This document shows positions 40,260 to 51,912 of a stretch of DNA of 64,000 bases, piece by piece. Every line of letters starts with the position of its first letter. The first letter of the stretch is position 1. The notes under the pieces are model-generated. The model ran no database searches, was not told where the DNA came from, and saw only the letters and a list, made by a program, of their open reading frames with translations. This DNA is from Histomonas meleagridis 2922-C6/04-290x (taxonomy: Eukaryota > Protista > Parabasalia), in assembly GCA_020184695.1 (NCBI GenBank), contig JAANOX010000033.1, positions 310,001-374,000 on the forward strand, read 5' to 3'. The position numbers and the translations under genes were made by a program.

Positions 40260-42773
40260 TCAGTATCTGCACTGCTTTCGTATTTTCATCAGCGCCTCGC
40301 GTAGGGACTCATTGTCGAGGCTGCTGTTCTGCAGCGCAATCAGCTTCTGTATCAGCTTTTTCGCCGACTGGTTCGGGCTCTTCTGTTTCTGCGTCTGGTG
40401 CACCGTCTCCGCCGCCATCTCTCTGAAGCATGTCTTTGCATATGTTATCATATTCTGCGGCAGATAGTTCGCCGCCAATTCAACTCCGTAACCACTTTTA
40501 GCGTTCGATCCATCTCCGATGTTATACAGGAACTCGAAGTTATTTTCTTCGTTACTTCTCTTTCTTATTCTCATTTCCTTCAGTGCCACCTGCGGATACA
40601 AATTGGAGAGTAAGCCCAACTCTTCGAAGTGTGTTGCGCATATTACGAACGATCTGAGAGAGAGCAAATATTCCAAATAAGCGAAAGATATTCCAATTCC
40701 ATCTCTCATTGAAGTACTTGTGCATGGCTCATCAATCGCAATCAAAGTTTTATCTGTTGCATGCGATAATATGTTACTCATTTCTTTCATCTCCAAAAGA
40801 AAAGCGGACGCATTACCTTCGATTGAATCCAATGTCCCACAACGTGTAAATATTAATTCGAACGGAGATATTACAGCTGAATCACATGGAATGTAACTAC
40901 CGATTTGTGCCATTATTATTATTTGTATTAACATTTGTAAATATGTTGACTTACCACTCATGTTAACACCTCTCAGAATTATCATATTTTTCATCGAAGT
41001 TAACTCTAAATCATTTGGTATAAACTTCGATTCATTTCGAAATAATATCGATGATATTGATTTAGCGGAAGATGTGTTATATAATTGTTCAAATATTGGA
41101 TGACGTGCATTCTTTAATACATATATTGGCTCTGAGATAATTTTAGGTCTTGTGTAATTGTTATTTTCTGTTGCAACAATTGATAATGATAAAAGAGAAT
41201 CAACAAATCCAATAACTTCACTGATTTTATAGATGTCACTAATATACGTTCGAATGTCATCGATTTTCGATTCGATAAATTTTTGTGATATTTGAATGCA
41301 ATCGTTTTGTGCTGATTCGTTTTGTTTGTTTAATAACATTAATTCATAAGTTGAACCTGTTATCGAATTCCCAACTTCGAATATATGAATCATTTCTTGT
41401 GGTATTAAATAACCTGAATGATATACCATTTGATTTATTGTGTCACTTACTGATTGAACTATAGTATTGTCATTTTTCTTTTCAAGTTGTGACTTATTTA
41501 TTGATAAATAATATCTTCGCGATTTGTTGTTTTTGATTGATATTTTTATATTATATTTTTCTGATAATTGTTTCGAATGTTCATATATTTTTGTTAATGA
41601 ATCTTCAAAACTTTTACGTGTGACATCAAGTATACTAATTATTCCGCTTTTTATGGAATATACAAATTGAGCTTCGTTTTTATGTTTTGTTATATTATCA
41701 TTATCTATTTCTAAAAACTCTGAAAGTTTATTCGACAATGTTTCATATTGTGTCTCTGAGATTGATTCACCTAAAGTTTTTCCAAGTTTAGAATTCATTT
41801 TACTTAATATTTTTTGTAATGATTTTATAGGTTTCAAATTCTTTAATAATCGTTGTAAGCAATCTAATGCTATTGATGGCCCAATGATTTTTGTTGTACC
41901 TCTTGTAACTAAATATGTAATTACTGGATCTAAGTCAATGATATTCGAATAAATTTTTTGTAATTTTTCACAGAAAAAATGCGATTCAACAATTTCAGAT
42001 ACAAATTCTTGATGTAAATTAATAATATTTACATCTGATGGCGGCGATGCTAATTTAGCTCGAAGAAATCGTGCGCCTGATGGAGTAAAACAATGATCTA
42101 AAAGATTAAATAACGTTGGATCACATGAACACCTTTTACTTGTTGTTAATTTTAATATGGAATCATTTGTTGATGAAAATATACTGAAGTTGTGTAACGT
42201 AGATGGATCAATCATTACATGTCCTTCAAGTGGCTTAAATGATATTCGAAGTGAATGTGATATAATTTCAATTCCAATTTCTGTTTGGATATAATGTAAA
42301 CATGCTGCAGCTGATGATAAACTTAAATAATTATTTGTTAATTTTTCATAATTATTTTCATTCCCATATTCATAAAGTAAATTGGAACCAATGGTGTCTG
42401 AAAATCGAGAGCGTTGTACTTCTGATATATTTGCTTGTGGTATTTGTGTGATTAATAATTGGGAAAGAGGGGATTTGGATGAATTACTTGGAATTAAAAC
42501 TCTAATTGGATGATATACTTCTAAAAGATTATTAGAATGTGAATAAAGTGCTGTGTCTAAATATTGAAATAATGTTAATGATGGTGGATATATGGTTAAT
42601 AATGCAGCTCCGACTTCACGTGATCCATTTTCAATAAAAGCTATATAACATTGTCGTGTTTCCCCATCTGTTGCTGGTGTTGTTGGAACTTTCGGTAATT
42701 TCTTCGGTGTATCCATTTTTCGTGAGCCAATTCTTGGAGTAACTCTAACAGAAGAAGGGGTACTGCAACGCAT
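40260..42773 (-). CDS. MSH4: MutS-family protein, MSH4-like (meiotic)
   Basis: No mismatch-recognition domain I. N-terminal IAFIENGSREVGAALL..YPPSLTLFQYLD is MSH4-type. TPSGARFLR, ARHPIFE, P-loop GVNMSGKSTYL, QIGSYIP, IFTR, SAFLLEMKE, ATHF, SGYGVELA. Confidence 0.82.
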   Translation of the reverse strand: MRCSTPSSVRVTPRIGSRKMDTPKKLPKVPTTPATDGETRQCYIAFIENGSREVGAALLTIYPPSLTLFQYLDTALYSHSNNLLEVYHPIRVLIPSNSSKSPLSQLLITQIPQANISEVQRSRFSDTIGSNLLYEYGNENNYEKLTNNYLSLSSAAACLHYIQTEIGIEIISHSLRISFKPLEGHVMIDPSTLHNFSIFSSTNDSILKLTTSKRCSCDPTLFNLLDHCFTPSGARFLRAKLASPPSDVNIINLHQEFVSEIVESHFFCEKLQKIYSNIIDLDPVITYLVTRGTTKIIGPSIALDCLQRLLKNLKPIKSLQKILSKMNSKLGKTLGESISETQYETLSNKLSEFLEIDNDNITKHKNEAQFVYSIKSGIISILDVTRKSFEDSLTKIYEHSKQLSEKYNIKISIKNNKSRRYYLSINKSQLEKKNDNTIVQSVSDTINQMVYHSGYLIPQEMIHIFEVGNSITGSTYELMLLNKQNESAQNDCIQISQKFIESKIDDIRTYISDIYKISEVIGFVDSLLSLSIVATENNNYTRPKIISEPIYVLKNARHPIFEQLYNTSSAKSISSILFRNESKFIPNDLELTSMKNMIILRGVNMSGKSTYLQMLIQIIIMAQIGSYIPCDSAVISPFELIFTRCGTLDSIEGNASAFLLEMKEMSNILSHATDKTLIAIDEPCTSTSMRDGIGISFAYLEYLLSLRSFVICATHFEELGLLSNLYPQVALKEMRIRKRSNEENNFEFLYNIGDGSNAKSGYGVELAANYLPQNMITYAKTCFREMAAETVHQTQKQKSPNQSAKKLIQKLIALQNSSLDNESLREALMKIRKQCRY

Positions 42774-43145
42774 ATCAAATAAATAAATTTTTTTGATTTG
42801 AATCGAATAACCGCCACATCAAACTTAAGATTTTAGCATCAAAATAACAAGATGAAAATATTCATTTGAAAGCTATAGCAACATCTTGTTGTGCAAAAAT
42901 AAGAACGTTTGTGTTTGTTTTATCATCGTTTTTATGACATTTGGAAATTATTTGTAAATTTCATATAAAATCAATTTCTGCTTTTTACTGTAATTGGCTT
43001 TAATGCAGTTAACAATATTATGCTCTGTTTATTAGTTGCACTCCATATAAACATGTTTTAGTCAGCCCATAAAAAACGAAACAAAAATTCATTCAAATTA
43101 CGACATGATTCAATTTTTTTGTGAAAAATTGAATGAAGATTTTTT

Positions 43146-46100
43146 ATGACGAAACCGTTCCCGGTTGTTGCAGTAAACGTTCGTAGCAAAAGCATTGGAA
43201 CCTTAAGCATGAAAAAATTTATAATTTTTGCTAAAAATGGGAAATCATGTTGTATCAAAGAGGCATCCTTGATGAAAAACAAGAACACTCAAGAAATAAT
43301 TGCAGAAGGTCGATTTGATACAAATTTCATTGGAATTACAACACCTTATTATCAAGAAACACTTTCACCAACAGACGTACCTACGGACAAGTATCCTCAA
43401 CTAATTACTTCACGTTTTTTTAAATACCGATTACCTTCATATTATATTTCATTTATTGAAGATTCCCAAAAAGACAACATAGAGTTTTTTATAAAAGTTG
43501 AAACTGATCAAGGGGTTAAAGTCCCAAATTTTAAGATTTCATTAAATAAGAAACAATTTGTTTTAAAGAAATTTAAAGAAATTCGTCCAATAATTGAAGA
43601 CTCATTTCCATATTCATTTACAAAGGCAGAAATCAAAATTAATGATCAAGTTATTGATGATCAAATTTCATTTACACATATCTATCCACAACTATTGAAG
43701 ACCAACTTCATAATGCATTGCGAATTATTGCAAGGAGAAGTTGATAAAATGAAAGAGAGAGTTCAATTAATAAGTGATCTTCAAAATTCCGAAAAACATT
43801 ATATTAATTCACTAGCAGCGTTAGTATCATATTGGCAGCCATCGCTCTTGAATGAGAACCTGTTGACGTTTGACAATTGTTCTTTTATGTTTGACACATT
43901 TCGATCAATTATTGATTTGCATAATCGATTTCTTGAGTCGTTAACGCAAAACGGAGCCGATTATGACTCGAATGTTACCAATATCTTTTGTGAGCAGTCA
44001 TCATTTGTTGCGCCCGAGTTAGAATATATTAGTAATTACAAATCGATTGAATTATTTCTTAAAGAAAAAGACTTAAATTCGCAATTCCATGAAAAGATAA
44101 CGCAAATCTATGAATCCAATTTAAATCCAGTTAAGATTCCATTAATGGAATTATTATCATTACCATTAGAACGTATTAATCAATATTCGACATTTCTAAC
44201 ACAATTAAATGAGTTAACGCCAAAGTCACATCCAGACTCACTCTTTATGAGTGAAGCAATGCAAATAGTACAACAATTTTGTGAAACTGCGAAGAAATCG
44301 AATAAGAATTCGAACACATTAACGAAATTAGTCCAAATACAAAGTCGTTTTGTAAATTTTGTTGTTTTAGCACCAAATAGGAAAATAGTTCGAAGTGAGA
44401 AAGTCCAAATAATTCAACCGAAGTTACAAAATGGAATTATATTTTTATTTAATGATATGATATTATTAGCTTTATCCAAACGTAAACATGACAAACCATT
44501 ATATTCATCGAATTTAAATGATTTTAAATATGTTGTATTAGATAATATATTAGAAATATATCGAATTAAAGATAATAGTTTACATTTCCGACTTAAATTT
44601 CATAAAGAAACAATACAAATATTTACAAAGAAAATACTTAAATATCAATTAAATTATTATAAATCAAAAGGATTTTTAAATTATTCATTAATATCAACAA
44701 ATATATCACCGAAAAATCCTTTGCCTTATTTAACTCGACATGAAGGAGTATTAATTAATGATAATATATATTGTTTTGGTGGTTGTAACAACAAAAAATT
44801 TGCAAAAAATGGAATACAAATTAATTTAAATACATATGAATCGAAATCATTATTTTGTGTTGTATCTGAATTACAATTTCATGGAGTAGCTTCATGTGAT
44901 GATAAGATTTATATATTTGGAGGTATAAACAAAGAAAAGAAGTTTAACAAAAAGTTCTTATTTTATAATACTAAAACAGAAGCATGGAAAGAAATTAGTT
45001 CTATAGGACAGCCTTCATATCGATATGGACATACATTTACATCATATGGCGATGACATTTATTTATTTGGAGGATATAATGAAAACGATGTAATCATTAA
45101 TGATTTAATGGTATATAAAGTATCTACTAATCGATGGCAAACAATTAAAACTAATAATGAGCCTTCACCACGAGCATTTCATTCAGCGTCAATATTAAAT
45201 GATAACTTAATCATTTTCGGTGGTAAATTTGATGATAAAATATTATCAGATATAAATATCTTTAATTTCCAAACTAAAACTTGGAAAACTATAATAATCG
45301 ATAAAATTAAACCAAGATATTTACATCGATCGATAACATATCAAAATTGGTTATTTATTATTGGAGGAACAAATAATTTTGAATTACTTGAACCTTTTTG
45401 TATTAAATTCATTACAAATGATAAATATTCATATTATAATTTAAAAATTGGAGGAAATTGTCGTAATTCATTTTTAGGTTATGTCTTATTTTTATATTCG
45501 AATCATATATTAATGTATGGAGGTGCACCTTTAGGTGAATCATATTCATCAAATGTATTGTTTAAATTAACTTTACCTGATTTCATTAATCAAATTAATG
45601 AAAACTCGACACCTGTACCACATTTTACTACTTTCGAACAACATAAATCTCATCATACACATTCTTCTTCTAGAAGGAAATCTAAAAGAACACATTCACG
45701 TAGGAAAACTCATGATTTACATGACACTGGTATTCAATCTGCTAATGTACCTGGCGAACGTAGAAGAAGACATCATCGAATTACTTCGCCAGCATTAAAT
45801 TCCAATGTTTCACCTGAGAAAGATAATTTTATGAACTCAATCCCTATTTCTCATATGAAAAACACTCGAGATAAACGATTATCAGATATTAATAAATTTA
45901 ATTCATTAGAACGGAAACAAGTTGTGATTTCATTACCACAACAAAACCCTTATAATAAATCATTATTAAAAGAAAGTAGTTCAGGTGATAAAAACTCCGA
46001 TTTAGATTCAATTACTATTTCGGAATTTTCACCTTCACAAAACTTAAAGCCAATTACTTTAGATGAAATATCAGAATTTGATACATTACCAATGCATTCA

Positions 46101-49100
46101 TCAACAGCGCGATTTGAAAACATTAATAATGAAAATGATAATGATAAACATAATAATGAAGATGAAATTATTACAATGATTCGAAAGGCTGATAAAAATG
46201 AAGATACTTCTTCTGAATGGAGTGATACAGATGAATTACGTACAATGAAATTTGATGAATTTGAAGAAGATGAAGATGAAGAAGATGATTTATCAATTGA
46301 TATGTTAGATATTAATAATGATAATAATGAAGATCATATATTTAAAGGTGAAATATCACCACTTGAAGATCTTAAATCAAATTCTTCTTCTTCATCATCT
46401 TCTTCTTCATCTAAAAATAATAGTTCTGAAGAAAGTATTAAAAATATTTCATTACTTGATAAATATTCTGAAACTAAACATCAACAACAACAACAAACTA
46501 AATCAGAACTTGATAAAATTATTAATGATAATAATGAAGATACTTCACCACAACAAAATGTTAAAGATTCAGAAGCTATCATTAAAGATTTGAAGAAATT
46601 TATTACTGATGATAACTCTAGTATTAGTTCTAATACATCTACACCACAAACACTTGATTCTATAGCGAGTGCTGACATTGATAAAATGCTTGAGTTAATA
46701 CAACCAAGTGATTTTAATAATGTAAATACTGAAAAACATATTATACCTATTAAACCTAAATTTGGGTTTAATACTATACCTAATAAAAATATTTCATCGA
46801 TGAAGAAAACACAATCAACGATTAGTAATGATTTAAATAATTTAATATCTAATAATACTAATAATGATTTAACTGATAATATGTTTAGTTCTGAAGGAAT
46901 TAAAACAAATTATACAAGTTATAGTGGTGAAAATTCAGACGAATTACTTCAACAAGTTAAATCTATTGAACAATCTGATATCGAACGATTAATGAATATG
47001 TTACATTCAAGTGGTATACGTTCTAGTGATGATCCAATTGATAATTTAATACCACCAGCATTAATTGATAATGAAAATATAATTACAAATAATAATAATA
47101 ATATTAAAAATGTAAAAATTGATATGGATAATGTTAAAAAACAAAATCAAAATAAACAATTTATTAGAACAAACTCAAAAGTAAGTATGCAATTGAATTC
47201 AATAATAAAACAAAATGGTGGTGATGATAACGTTTTGGATGATTCTGGTATAAGCTCTGGTTTAAGTTCTATCGATTATAATACACAAGATGGTGACGAC
47301 GATGAATTACAAACTGATATACAGAAGTTAATGGGAATGGTAAAGAACATCGATATGGAAATGGGAATGATAAATGAAGACGAAAGTGATAAAAATAACG
47401 TGAGAACAATACCAAAGCCGCCGCTACCAAAGAATACAAATAATAAAATGAAAGAATTAAGAAATAAAAATGAAAATGATGCAAAAGAAGAACAAAAGAA
47501 ATCTCAAACAATTCCAAAATTACCTTCAAAATTCGAATACAAACAAGAAGAAACAATTCCAATGTTACCACAGCAAAATAATAACACAACAGAGGAACCA
47601 AAGAAATCCGAAGAAATTCCAAAATTACCTTCAAAATCTGAAGACATACAAAAAGAAGAAACAATTCCAATGTTACTACCACAAAAGAGCGAAATCAGAG
47701 ATCAAGAAATTAGATCAACAGAGGAACCAAAGAAGTCCGAAGAAATTCCAAAATTATCTTCAAAATTCGAAGATAAACAAAAAGAAGAAACAATTTCAAA
47801 GTTACCACCAAAAATTGAAGTTCCTAAAGATGAACCAAAGAAGTCAGAAACAATACCAAAGTTACCACCAAAATCTGAAGACAAACAAAAAGAAGAAACA
47901 ATTCCAGAATTGCCACAACAAAATGATAAACCAACAGAGGAACCAAAGAAGTCAGAAACAATACCAAAATTACCACAAAAAACTGAAGATGAATCAAAAG
48001 AAATAAATGCAAAATCACCTCAAACAGAAAATGAAATCCAACCCACAAAAGAAGAGCCTCAGAAATCTGAAACAGTTCAAACAGTGCCACCAAAGGCTGA
48101 AGACCAAAAGCCAACAGAAAAGACACAGAAATCTGAATCAGTTCCAAAGTTACCACCCAAAGAAGAAGTCAATAAGCCAGCAGAAGAGCCAAAGAAGTCT
48201 GAAGTGAGCATGAAACCACTTCCACCTAAAGAAGAAACAGTTCCGAAGTTACCGCAAAAGCCTGACGCGAAGCAAACTGAAGAAACAACTGTTAATTCTT
48301 CAAAGCAACAAAAGAGCGAATCCCAAATGCCAGCAGAAGAGCCAAAGAAGTCCGAAGTAATTGTGAAGCCCGAAACCAAACCAACTGAAGAATCAGTTCC
48401 GAAGTTGCCGCCCAAAGTAGAAATCAGCAAGCCATCAGAAGAGCCAAAGAAGTCCGAAGTAATTCCTAAGTTACCACCGAAGCCCGAAGCCAAACCATGT
48501 GACGAAGCAGCCGCAAAGCCATTGCCACCCAAAGAAACAGTTCCGAAGTTGCCGCCCAAAGTAGAAATCAGCAAACCATCAGAAGCTCCAAAGAAGACCG
48601 AATTCGTCAAGTCTCCGGTCGCCATTTCGCTTCCCTCCAACAACGCGTCGTATAAGTCTTCGCAGCCGAACTTCAACATCAAGCGGCAGCAGCTTAAGCC
48701 GAACGGGAACGCCAACAAGTCACAGCCGAACTTCAACATCAGCAACGCCAATAACATTAAAACAGTTTCATTGTCACTGCAAAGTAACACTGAGTCTGAA
48801 CTCATCGACGAGTTTTCTTCCGCTGTTGGCATTGACACGTCGCAACTTCTTCAGTTCCAACGCAAAGCGCTTTCGCGGAAACTTTTGCGACTTCAAACTC
48901 TTCAGCGTACGAATTCGGAAAAGTATGAAAAAGTTATTTCGCTCCTTAATAACGAAGAAAATAATCGGAAGAACATTTACATATATGGGAAATGTTTATG
49001 TAATGGCGCAAAAGTTATAATTCGATTCGATAGTTGCGACGACTGTGAAAGTGTACGAAATGTAATAATGGAAAAGTGTAAATGCAGTAGAGTTTGGATA

Positions 49101-49208
49101 GGAAACGAACAGAAAAAAGAAGAACTAAACGAAGAAACTTTCGTGTTGGCAGTGTCCAAAGTGAAAGGAAAAGTGATGCAACATATAAACTTTGTTACAA
49201 TGAAATAA
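43146..49208 (+). CDS. RhoGEF (DH-PH) plus Kelch-repeat protein with long acidic linker and Pro/Lys/Glu repeats
   Basis: DH: ERVQLISDLQNSEKHYINSL...LLSLPLERINQY...TPKSHPD. Kelch GG repeats: IYCFGG, IYIFGG, RYGHTFT..IYLFGG, RAFHSAS..LIIFGG. Repeats EEPKKSE/PKLPPK. Confidence 0.85.
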   Translation: MTKPFPVVAVNVRSKSIGTLSMKKFIIFAKNGKSCCIKEASLMKNKNTQEIIAEGRFDTNFIGITTPYYQETLSPTDVPTDKYPQLITSRFFKYRLPSYYISFIEDSQKDNIEFFIKVETDQGVKVPNFKISLNKKQFVLKKFKEIRPIIEDSFPYSFTKAEIKINDQVIDDQISFTHIYPQLLKTNFIMHCELLQGEVDKMKERVQLISDLQNSEKHYINSLAALVSYWQPSLLNENLLTFDNCSFMFDTFRSIIDLHNRFLESLTQNGADYDSNVTNIFCEQSSFVAPELEYISNYKSIELFLKEKDLNSQFHEKITQIYESNLNPVKIPLMELLSLPLERINQYSTFLTQLNELTPKSHPDSLFMSEAMQIVQQFCETAKKSNKNSNTLTKLVQIQSRFVNFVVLAPNRKIVRSEKVQIIQPKLQNGIIFLFNDMILLALSKRKHDKPLYSSNLNDFKYVVLDNILEIYRIKDNSLHFRLKFHKETIQIFTKKILKYQLNYYKSKGFLNYSLISTNISPKNPLPYLTRHEGVLINDNIYCFGGCNNKKFAKNGIQINLNTYESKSLFCVVSELQFHGVASCDDKIYIFGGINKEKKFNKKFLFYNTKTEAWKEISSIGQPSYRYGHTFTSYGDDIYLFGGYNENDVIINDLMVYKVSTNRWQTIKTNNEPSPRAFHSASILNDNLIIFGGKFDDKILSDINIFNFQTKTWKTIIIDKIKPRYLHRSITYQNWLFIIGGTNNFELLEPFCIKFITNDKYSYYNLKIGGNCRNSFLGYVLFLYSNHILMYGGAPLGESYSSNVLFKLTLPDFINQINENSTPVPHFTTFEQHKSHHTHSSSRRKSKRTHSRRKTHDLHDTGIQSANVPGERRRRHHRITSPALNSNVSPEKDNFMNSIPISHMKNTRDKRLSDINKFNSLERKQVVISLPQQNPYNKSLLKESSSGDKNSDLDSITISEFSPSQNLKPITLDEISEFDTLPMHSSTARFENINNENDNDKHNNEDEIITMIRKADKNEDTSSEWSDTDELRTMKFDEFEEDEDEEDDLSIDMLDINNDNNEDHIFKGEISPLEDLKSNSSSSSSSSSSKNNSSEESIKNISLLDKYSETKHQQQQQTKSELDKIINDNNEDTSPQQNVKDSEAIIKDLKKFITDDNSSISSNTSTPQTLDSIASADIDKMLELIQPSDFNNVNTEKHIIPIKPKFGFNTIPNKNISSMKKTQSTISNDLNNLISNNTNNDLTDNMFSSEGIKTNYTSYSGENSDELLQQVKSIEQSDIERLMNMLHSSGIRSSDDPIDNLIPPALIDNENIITNNNNNIKNVKIDMDNVKKQNQNKQFIRTNSKVSMQLNSIIKQNGGDDNVLDDSGISSGLSSIDYNTQDGDDDELQTDIQKLMGMVKNIDMEMGMINEDESDKNNVRTIPKPPLPKNTNNKMKELRNKNENDAKEEQKKSQTIPKLPSKFEYKQEETIPMLPQQNNNTTEEPKKSEEIPKLPSKSEDIQKEETIPMLLPQKSEIRDQEIRSTEEPKKSEEIPKLSSKFEDKQKEETISKLPPKIEVPKDEPKKSETIPKLPPKSEDKQKEETIPELPQQNDKPTEEPKKSETIPKLPQKTEDESKEINAKSPQTENEIQPTKEEPQKSETVQTVPPKAEDQKPTEKTQKSESVPKLPPKEEVNKPAEEPKKSEVSMKPLPPKEETVPKLPQKPDAKQTEETTVNSSKQQKSESQMPAEEPKKSEVIVKPETKPTEESVPKLPPKVEISKPSEEPKKSEVIPKLPPKPEAKPCDEAAAKPLPPKETVPKLPPKVEISKPSEAPKKTEFVKSPVAISLPSNNASYKSSQPNFNIKRQQLKPNGNANKSQPNFNISNANNIKTVSLSLQSNTESELIDEFSSAVGIDTSQLLQFQRKALSRKLLRLQTLQRTNSEKYEKVISLLNNEENNRKNIYIYGKCLCNGAKVIIRFDSCDDCESVRNVIMEKCKCSRVWIGNEQKKEELNEETFVLAVSKVKGKVMQHINFVTMK
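47490..48600 (+). repeat. Degenerate coding repeats (E-E-P-K-K-S-E / T-I-P-K-L-P-P-K)
   Basis: More than 15 PKLP(S/P/Q)K-type units in the translation, including a near-exact block at ~48390-48440 repeated at ~48535-48585. Boundaries approximate. Confidence 0.8.
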
Positions 49209-49700
49209 ATACTATGTGTGATATAGTAAATACATTTTTACTTTTGCTTTTTATTGATAAATTATTTAAGTGAAGATTAAATGCGAATTGTTTTAGCTGG
49301 TCTTCGATGTGTAAATATATCGAATTTTTTGAACTGAGTAATAAATTTGGAAATCATTTTGTTGTGCATCATAAATTTATAATATCATTTTAGCCTCAGA
49401 ATGAATTATGGATAATATCAATTAAAACTTACAATATTAATAAATAAAATATGTTATTCAAATAGTATAATATTATTATGCTATTCATTATTTGATCATC
49501 TTGTATATGCATATTAATGTTTATATTGAATATGCTGGATATGATGGAATTCTTACGAATGCAAATACATACATTCATTCTGTTTTGTGAAATTCTATTT
49601 CTAAATAAGAGATATATTTAAGAATATATACTTTTATATTACATCATCGATGATAATAAATATCAAATAAAAAACCTTTTTACTGTACAGTTGGGTACTC

Positions 49701-50183
49701 TCAGAACCACCAGGACATCATCTCCATGGTCATGAGTGGATCTTCCTCCTGTTGGAATATCGATGCCCTTTGTTCATTCTGTTCTTCGAAGTATTTATCG
49801 TACTCCGAAGTAAGAGAATCGAAAGTGGGTTCTTCCTCAACATTAGTTTCCTCACTTTCTTGTGACTCTATACTTTTAAGCTTTTGCCATCTGTTTTTCA
49901 CATTATAATCACTTCTTCCGACGAAGAATTTAGTTATCTTTGCCCATTTTGCCCCATATTTATTATATAATTCCTTAAGGAACTTATCTTCTTCAGGTGT
50001 CCAAGGAGGATTAATAATAACAGGATTCAAAAATGACTTCCATCTTTCTCGACATTGTCTCTGATTTCGATTCTCCATAAAATTAGCAACCAAATCCCAT
50101 CTATTTGTGCCATACATTTTTACTAATTGGATGAGCTTGGAGTCTTCCTCAGGAGTGAAAGATTTCCTGATCTGTTTTTTCAT
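49701..50183 (-). CDS. R2R3-Myb DNA-binding protein
   Basis: FTPEEDSKL...W..VA....RNQRQCRERW...LNP...WTPEED.FL......GAKWAKI...GRSDYNVKNRW. Confidence 0.95.
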   Translation of the reverse strand: MKKQIRKSFTPEEDSKLIQLVKMYGTNRWDLVANFMENRNQRQCRERWKSFLNPVIINPPWTPEEDKFLKELYNKYGAKWAKITKFFVGRSDYNVKNRWQKLKSIESQESEETNVEEEPTFDSLTSEYDKYFEEQNEQRASIFQQEEDPLMTMEMMSWWF

Positions 50184-50649
50184 TCTGTAAGATATTTTAT
50201 GGCTGATAATTGTGTTATGACGTTACTTTCAAAATTGAATGCGGTAAGAATTTTTATCAATTAAAAAGTTAATTCTATACTTTAACCCATTATTTCAGAA
50301 GATAAATCTGAAGAGGTTAACGGTTATAACCACGTTCCAAACTTTGTGAAATGGTTAATGACGTTCGATAATTACGAACTAAGATTTTTAATGAATTCAT
50401 CAAAGAAATTAAAAAATACAATATGGAAATAGGATAAGTATCATAAAGGTTTGATTAATTATCAAGCCCTTCAAAATATAATACTCATACTTTATTTTAA
50501 AAGATAAAATGTTGAAGCTGATGACAAAAGGCAATTTAAAAGAGATTGTTTTAAGATGGTTTTCATTTTTTTTTGAAAATATTATATTTTCAAAATATTT
50601 AAATTTGAATTAAGGTACTTGCTTTTACAACTGTCCTTATTATGCATAT

Positions 50650-51778
50650 CGATTAAAAACACTTGGTTTGCCTTCACTTGAAAATGCTGAAGGTTCGTTT
50701 ATTAAGTCATGTTTTAATTTACGTAAAATTTCAATGCCTAAGTTAATCCGTATTCCAGATTCAATGTTTGCAAACTCCAGAAAATTATACGATCCATACA
50801 TTCCAAATGATGAAGAAATTGGAAATTATGTGTTTGAGAAACTGTGTTCTTTTAAAAAACATTTTCGAAGATCTTAAAATCATAAAAATCGGTAATTATG
50901 CTTTTAGAAATATGCTGATTCTAGGAAATGAGATTTCGTTTAAATGTTGTGAATATGTCGGAAGTTGTGCATTTAATGGATCAACTATAACAAAGACATC
51001 ACTCCCATGTCTTCGATCTTGTGATGATTATGTATTTAGTTATCTTAACGTTGAAAATTTATCTTTTCCACTTGTTGAAAAATGGATTTGCGGATCTTAT
51101 TCGTTTGCATTTAATGCAAATTTAATTAATGTAACATCACCAAATATAACATTAATGGGTAATGGACCTTTTGAAGATTAATCTTAAGATAAGAAATTAC
51201 GTATTATAAATTTACCCAATTTAACAGAAGTAAATGATTATTTCATATCACATGTCGATATGAAAGATTTCGAATTCTTAAATTTGAAGTATATTGGTTC
51301 GAATACATTTTATAGTGGTTTTGATGTTGTTGAAACGATTAATTTCCCAAATGTTATAAAAATCGGAAATAATTTTATGGAAAACTGTTAAAGTTAAACA
51401 TAATTCATTGAATTACCAAATCTTGAAAAAATTGGTTCATATGCATTTTTAAATTGTAGCCATTTAATTAATGTCTCATTACCTAAACTTAAATCTTTTG
51501 AATCTGAATTATTTTGTCGTTGTGATTTGATTAAAACAATTTATTTACCTGAACTTGTTCAAGAAATTGGAAATAATTTTGTGTCTAATAAGCCGCCAGC
51601 TTCAGCATCTTTAGTAAACCTAATTCTTTGTTTACCAAAAGATAAATCATATCAAAATTATGCTAATTACAATCATAGTTCAAAATGTAATAAAAATTAT
51701 TGGAAAGGTATAAATATTGAAATTAATAAAAAATTAAAGGATAAATGTGAAGGATATACAGAATTACCACTATTGTAG
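50650..51778 (+). pseudogene. Fragmented BspA/LRR_5-type gene
   Basis: LPSLENA, MPKLIRIPDSMF, IIKIGNYAF, LPCLRSCDDYVF, LPNLEKIGSYAFLNC, LPKLKSF, LPELVQEIGNNF are spread over several frames with stops. Boundaries approximate. Confidence 0.75.
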
Positions 51779-51912
51779 TTATATGTGCTGGCTTCTGGCT
51801 GCTATTTTAGTGGGCGGATTCGTTTTGTTGTATTTATATAAAAAGAATAAAAAAGAAAAAGAAAATTTGGAAATCAACCTCACTTAAGTTTTTCAATTGT
51901 TGATAGTGTAGT

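Noticed and set aside
42938-42953. ATTTGGAAATTATTT core of the ankyrin insert (also near 1374 and 1641)
   Set aside because: Short AT-rich word without ankyrin flanks or the rest of the insert; probably chance.
48077-48838. 253-aa Gly/Ser-rich antisense ORF
   Set aside because: Mirror of the Pro/Lys/Glu repeat region of the RhoGEF.
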